A stretch of 20,000 bases of DNA, taken from IMG/VR virus record IMGVR_UViG_3300028888_000109; one strand, 5' to 3'. The DNA is from an uncultured virus (IMG/VR IMGVR_UViG_3300028888_000109). Its lineage: Duplodnaviria > Heunggongvirae > Uroviricota > Caudoviricetes. The notes under the pieces are model-generated. The model searched no databases. It saw nothing but the letters and a program-made list of their open reading frames with translations, and was not told the DNA's origin. Positions 16,919 to 20,000 of this stretch are shown piece by piece. The number at the start of each line of letters is the position of its first letter. Position 1 is the first letter of the stretch. Both the position numbers and the translations under genes were made by a program.

Positions 16919-17335
16919 ATGGAATATAAGTATTTTAATCCAAATCCTAATGCCAGCACATTTAAGTCAGGTAAGCCAAAGGGCTGGGTAAAGGATGATT
17001 CTATTATCAGAGCTATTTGTGCAGCAACAGGACAATCATGGGAAACAGTATTTGACGAATTAGTAAAAATTGCAAGAAAGAATCATGATGTCATAACAAG
17101 TAAAGCAGTCATGGATGATTATTGTGTTCTTAATGGATTTGAATATATCACCTATGGTAAACCTAAGACCGGTTCTGCTCGTATGACAGTTGAAGAGTTT
17201 GTTAAGGAAAATCCAGTTGGAACATTTATCATGTACTTTGCTAATTATTATGTTTGTGTAAAGGATGGTATTTGTTATGATGTAAAACAGGAGCCAAAGG
17301 GTTCTGTATATTCATATTGGAAGAAGAATGGATAA
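16919..17335 (+). CDS. conserved phage protein with papain/C39-like pattern, catalytic residues apparently substituted
   Basis: YFNPNP...DDSIIRAI..ATGQSWE..F..L...TVEEF...NPVGTFI....NYYVCVKDG..YD...YSYW. Confidence 0.8.
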   Translation: MEYKYFNPNPNASTFKSGKPKGWVKDDSIIRAICAATGQSWETVFDELVKIARKNHDVITSKAVMDDYCVLNGFEYITYGKPKTGSARMTVEEFVKENPVGTFIMYFANYYVCVKDGICYDVKQEPKGSVYSYWKKNG

Positions 17336-17537
17336 AAAACAAATATTATTGATAAGGGCAATTTACATATTTATGATGTGTATTGCAATAGCCTTATTAA
17401 TGTCTGGTATTTATGGGTATTTTTGGTGTTTAAAATATCATTTTATACCAACAGCTATTTGTTCAACATTATTTGTTTGGTATATTTTAGCAGAAGATTG
17501 GCTTAAGGAAAATTTTTGGCCTTTATTCAAAAAATAA
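17328..17537 (+). CDS. hypothetical membrane protein (2 TM)
   Basis: Two hydrophobic segments in 69 aa. Confidence 0.75.
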   Translation: MDKKQILLIRAIYIFMMCIAIALLMSGIYGYFWCLKYHFIPTAICSTLFVWYILAEDWLKENFWPLFKK

Positions 17538-17584
17538 TATAAAGTCTGATTTCTATATTTATTAAAATATATAGTGTATATTTA

Positions 17585-18133
17585 ATGGATAGAAATCAGA
17601 CTTTAGTGATTAATTTAATTGGGGGACCATGTAGTGGTAAATCTACAATAGCTGCAGAATTATTTGCAAGACTTAAGAAAATGGGTGTTCATTGTGAATT
17701 ATGTACTGAATATATCAAAGATCGTATTTATGAAGAAAACAAAACTATAGCACATAATCAAATAGCTATTTTTGGAATGGAACATTATAATATGATGAAC
17801 AAGATTGGAAAAGTTCAAGTAATTATCCATGATGGAAGTCTTATAAATAATATTCAATATAATTTTGAAAATAATGAAGAGTTTAATAATCTCATTGTAG
17901 CTGAATACCATAGATTCAATAATTTAGATTTCTTTATCAAACGTGGAAATATAGAATTTGAAAATTATGGAAGAATTCATACTTATGAGCAATCAATTCA
18001 AATTGATGAAGAGATAAAACAATGTTACAAAAAATATGGAGCAAAATATATTGAAGTTGAATCTCGAGATGCAGTTGATAAAATGATTCCAATTATTTTA
18101 GATAGAATAAAAGAATTACCAAAAGGAGAATAA
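17585..18133 (+). CDS. P-loop NTPase/kinase (AAA_28, NadR-like)
   Basis: VINLIGGPCSGKST Walker A; VIIHDGS; FIKR...ENYGRIHT. Confidence 0.88.
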   Translation: MDRNQTLVINLIGGPCSGKSTIAAELFARLKKMGVHCELCTEYIKDRIYEENKTIAHNQIAIFGMEHYNMMNKIGKVQVIIHDGSLINNIQYNFENNEEFNNLIVAEYHRFNNLDFFIKRGNIEFENYGRIHTYEQSIQIDEEIKQCYKKYGAKYIEVESRDAVDKMIPIILDRIKELPKGE

Positions 18134-18148
18134 CTTCTCCTTTTTTTT
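18121..18148 (+). terminator. intrinsic terminator
   Basis: AAAAGGAGAA-taac-TTCTCCTTTT followed by more T; the stop codon lies in the loop. Confidence 0.85.
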
Positions 18149-18202
18149 CTTTTAATAATATTTATAATTATACTATATATTAATTATTAAAGATAAAAGA
18201 TT

Positions 18203-18418
18203 ATGATTTGTTGTAATATTGAAACTAAACTTCGATATAATTATCGTTTTATAAAAGAGAAATTTGTAGAGATTTGGGATGGTGAAGACTATACTAAAGA
18301 AATTCCTTATAATGATTGGTGTAAAGAATATTATATTATTGATAAATGGAGATGTTTAAGTCCAGAGGAAATTGAATATAATAAAGAATTATGGAAAAAA
18401 TATACGTCAGAGACTTAA
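18203..18418 (+). CDS. hypothetical protein
   Basis: 71 aa ORF preceded by a CTATAT element at 18173. Confidence 0.7.
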   Translation: MICCNIETKLRYNYRFIKEKFVEIWDGEDYTKEIPYNDWCKEYYIIDKWRCLSPEEIEYNKELWKKYTSET

Positions 18419-18448
18419 AGTCAAATAGGATAATAGAATATAATAATG

Positions 18449-18480
18449 GGCCAGATCCTAAGATTTGGTTAATTTGTTTT
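18449..18480 (+). terminator. probable intrinsic terminator
   Basis: GGCCAGATC-ctaa-GATTTGGTT stem with G.U pairs, then a T-rich tract. Confidence 0.55.
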
Positions 18481-18520
18481 GTATTTATTTTAATGTTTAT
18501 TTATATAATACTTCGAATCA

Positions 18521-19294
18521 ATGGAAAATAAATTTGTAATTCAAGAAGGTATAGAGTTAGTTAAGAAAACTGCATTTTGTCATAATTCCGAACCAAAGAT
18601 TTACAAAAAATGGACTAAAGATGTACCAAATTTAGGTCAAGTTCATTTTATATCATTTTTAGTAACTCATGATCTTCATGGTAAAATACTAAAAACGGTT
18701 GGATTGTGTTATAAACTTATAACAAACTGTATGCTTGATGAATTGGTTGAAGTTCTTAAAACAAAGAAATTCGATGATTATGATGGACTATATGAAAAAT
18801 GTGAAAAAGTAAAGAAATATTCAGTATTATGTGAAACCCTATATTATCACCAATTAGATAAGAAATATCATTTACGTTTTGATGAAGTAAAATCTCTTCA
18901 ACAAGATGAGCAATTTAATAAAGATAAAATTGAAAAAATTATTATAGAAAATCTTGTTAGAAAACGTAATAAGTTCATTAAAGATACAACAATTCCTTTA
19001 ATAACTTATATAAATGAAACTTTAATTGATGGAATAAATACTAAAGAGATTATTAAGATTATGAATGCCTTAAAAGAATACCCTAAGAATGATGATAATG
19101 ATAATAAAGATAATTCTGTTTGTATTGGTATTATTCCACCAGGAACTAATCTTAAAGGCATGAAATATGAAATCATAAAAGCTAAAAATAATATTCCTCT
19201 TAGTAATGTTTCTACATCAGATAAATTAGGAGTAGATATTGAAACCGGTGGGTTGGATGATATATTTGAAATTAAAACAAATATTTATAGATGA
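18521..19294 (+). CDS. hypothetical protein ending DIFEIKTNIYR
   Basis: 257 aa ORF. Confidence 0.85.
   Translation: MENKFVIQEGIELVKKTAFCHNSEPKIYKKWTKDVPNLGQVHFISFLVTHDLHGKILKTVGLCYKLITNCMLDELVEVLKTKKFDDYDGLYEKCEKVKKYSVLCETLYYHQLDKKYHLRFDEVKSLQQDEQFNKDKIEKIIIENLVRKRNKFIKDTTIPLITYINETLIDGINTKEIIKIMNALKEYPKNDDNDNKDNSVCIGIIPPGTNLKGMKYEIIKAKNNIPLSNVSTSDKLGVDIETGGLDDIFEIKTNIYR
19259..19294 (+). repeat. direct repeat B, copy 1
   Basis: 31/36 nt identical to 19561-19596; 19 nt perfect core AATTAAAACAAATATTTAT. Confidence 0.9.
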
Positions 19295-19596
19295 ATCATT
19301 ATGAATTTAATCCTTTAACAATTAAAGGGATATGTACTTGCCAAGATAATTCAAATTTTAATGGAGTTCTTTTAGGATATCATTTCTTAAAAGAAACAGA
19401 TTATCCAGAAAATTCTACATATGAATTTGCTGGTGGGTTTGCTAAATTTCATGGATGGTGTGTTCAAGTTAAAGATTTGACAGGTAGGTGGTGTGATTTT
19501 ACACCTGTACAATTTAGAGAGCGATTTCATGTAATTGAAGAGAAAAAAGAAGAAAAAGAAGATTTATTTGGAATTAAAACAAATATTTATCGTTAA
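19291..19596 (+). CDS. hypothetical protein ending DLFGIKTNIYR
   Basis: 101 aa ORF, ATGA coupling. Confidence 0.85.
   Translation: MNHYEFNPLTIKGICTCQDNSNFNGVLLGYHFLKETDYPENSTYEFAGGFAKFHGWCVQVKDLTGRWCDFTPVQFRERFHVIEEKKEEKEDLFGIKTNIYR
19561..19596 (+). repeat. direct repeat B, copy 2
   Basis: 31/36 nt identical to 19259-19294. Confidence 0.9.
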
Positions 19597-19598
19597 TT

Positions 19599-19640
19599 TT
19601 TGAATATTATATAAAAATTACTATATTAATATTGTAATTA
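19599..19640 (+). promoter_or_regulatory. putative phage early/middle promoter, copy 3
   Basis: TTTGAA-N16-CTATATT-N4-TTGTAATTA upstream of ATG 19654. Confidence 0.75.
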
Positions 19641-19653
19641 AAAAATATATAAT

Positions 19654-19809
19654 ATGAAGAATTTAATTTGGAGAATCATTTTAATAGTTTCAATTATATT
19701 ATTTTTTGGTTATCTGGATCACAAATATAGAAATATACCAGAAATTGATGATGATACTGTTGAAATAGTGATGGATCAACAAATTATCGATACATATTAT
19801 ACAGAATAA
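19654..19809 (+). CDS. small membrane-anchored protein (51 aa, not in the ORF track)
   Basis: MKNLIWRIILIVSIILFFGYLDHKYRNIPEIDDDTVEIVMDQQIIDTYYTE*. Confidence 0.7.
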   Translation: MKNLIWRIILIVSIILFFGYLDHKYRNIPEIDDDTVEIVMDQQIIDTYYTE

Positions 19810-19822
19810 ATATTAAATCCAT

Positions 19823-20000
19823 ATGACAAAGAAAGAAAAACTCGAACTTTATTACAAAGCTAAAGACGCATATTATAATGGTCAGGAAATTATGACTGAC
19901 TTCGAGTTCGATGCTCTTGAGAAGGAGCTTGGTCTTGAAAATAAAGCAGAAGTTGGTGCTAAGCATAATCCTTCCTATATAGTAAAGCATCCTTTTGTAA
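19823..20000 (+). CDS. ligA: NAD-dependent DNA ligase, N-terminal part (runs off the window)
   Basis: MTKKEKLELYYKAKDAYYNGQEIMTDFEFDALEKEL...VGA...VKHPF matches LigA domain Ia (YY....I.D..FD.L...L) and the 'V.H' preceding the adenylation domain. Confidence 0.88.
   Translation, partial: MTKKEKLELYYKAKDAYYNGQEIMTDFEFDALEKELGLENKAEVGAKHNPSYIVKHPFV

Noticed and set aside
4580..17537. Holin call for the small 2-TM proteins (4580..4825, 17328..17537)
   Set aside because: No endolysin or spanin nearby; hydrophobicity alone is insufficient.
4316..17911. ORFs 4316..4498, 6371..6568, 9536..9799, 11891..12076, 14416..14652, 14882..15088, 17699..17911
   Set aside because: Nested in or antisense to coupled operon genes; no motifs.
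19784..19990. 68 aa - strand ORF in the track
   Set aside because: It is the antisense shadow of the ligase N-terminus starting at 19823 on +.

Overview
A very AT-rich, densely coding 20 kb segment of a large dsDNA bacteriophage. Inference: a jumbo/mega phage of a Bacteroidota host, possibly Lak-like, based on the absence of Shine-Dalgarno sites, A/T-rich start contexts and a Bacteroidota-type ThyX. About 51 genes lie in three blocks: + strand 31-6807, - strand 6851-16374, + strand 16516-end. Recognisable products are a metallophosphoesterase, an Rv2179c-like 3'-5' exonuclease, a GT92/GT2-like glycosyltransferase, a nucleoside 2-deoxyribosyltransferase-like protein, ClpP, ThyX, a PD-(D/E)XK nuclease, a P-loop kinase/ATPase and the start of an NAD-dependent DNA ligase. 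The rest are small hypothetical proteins. Main unexplained signals: (1) two independent cases where a gene ends in a 34-36 nt near-copy of its upstream neighbour's 3' end, aligned on the stop codon, suggesting single-gene cassette insertion or a shared C-terminal tag; (2) a three-part promoter-like motif with invariant spacing, in 3 copies; (3) two acidic proteins with T4 capsid-targeting-like N-termini; (4) near-total avoidance of TAG; (5) two dispersed paralogous domain families; (6) an apparently inactivated papain-like protein. No tRNA, CRISPR array or transposase was seen.
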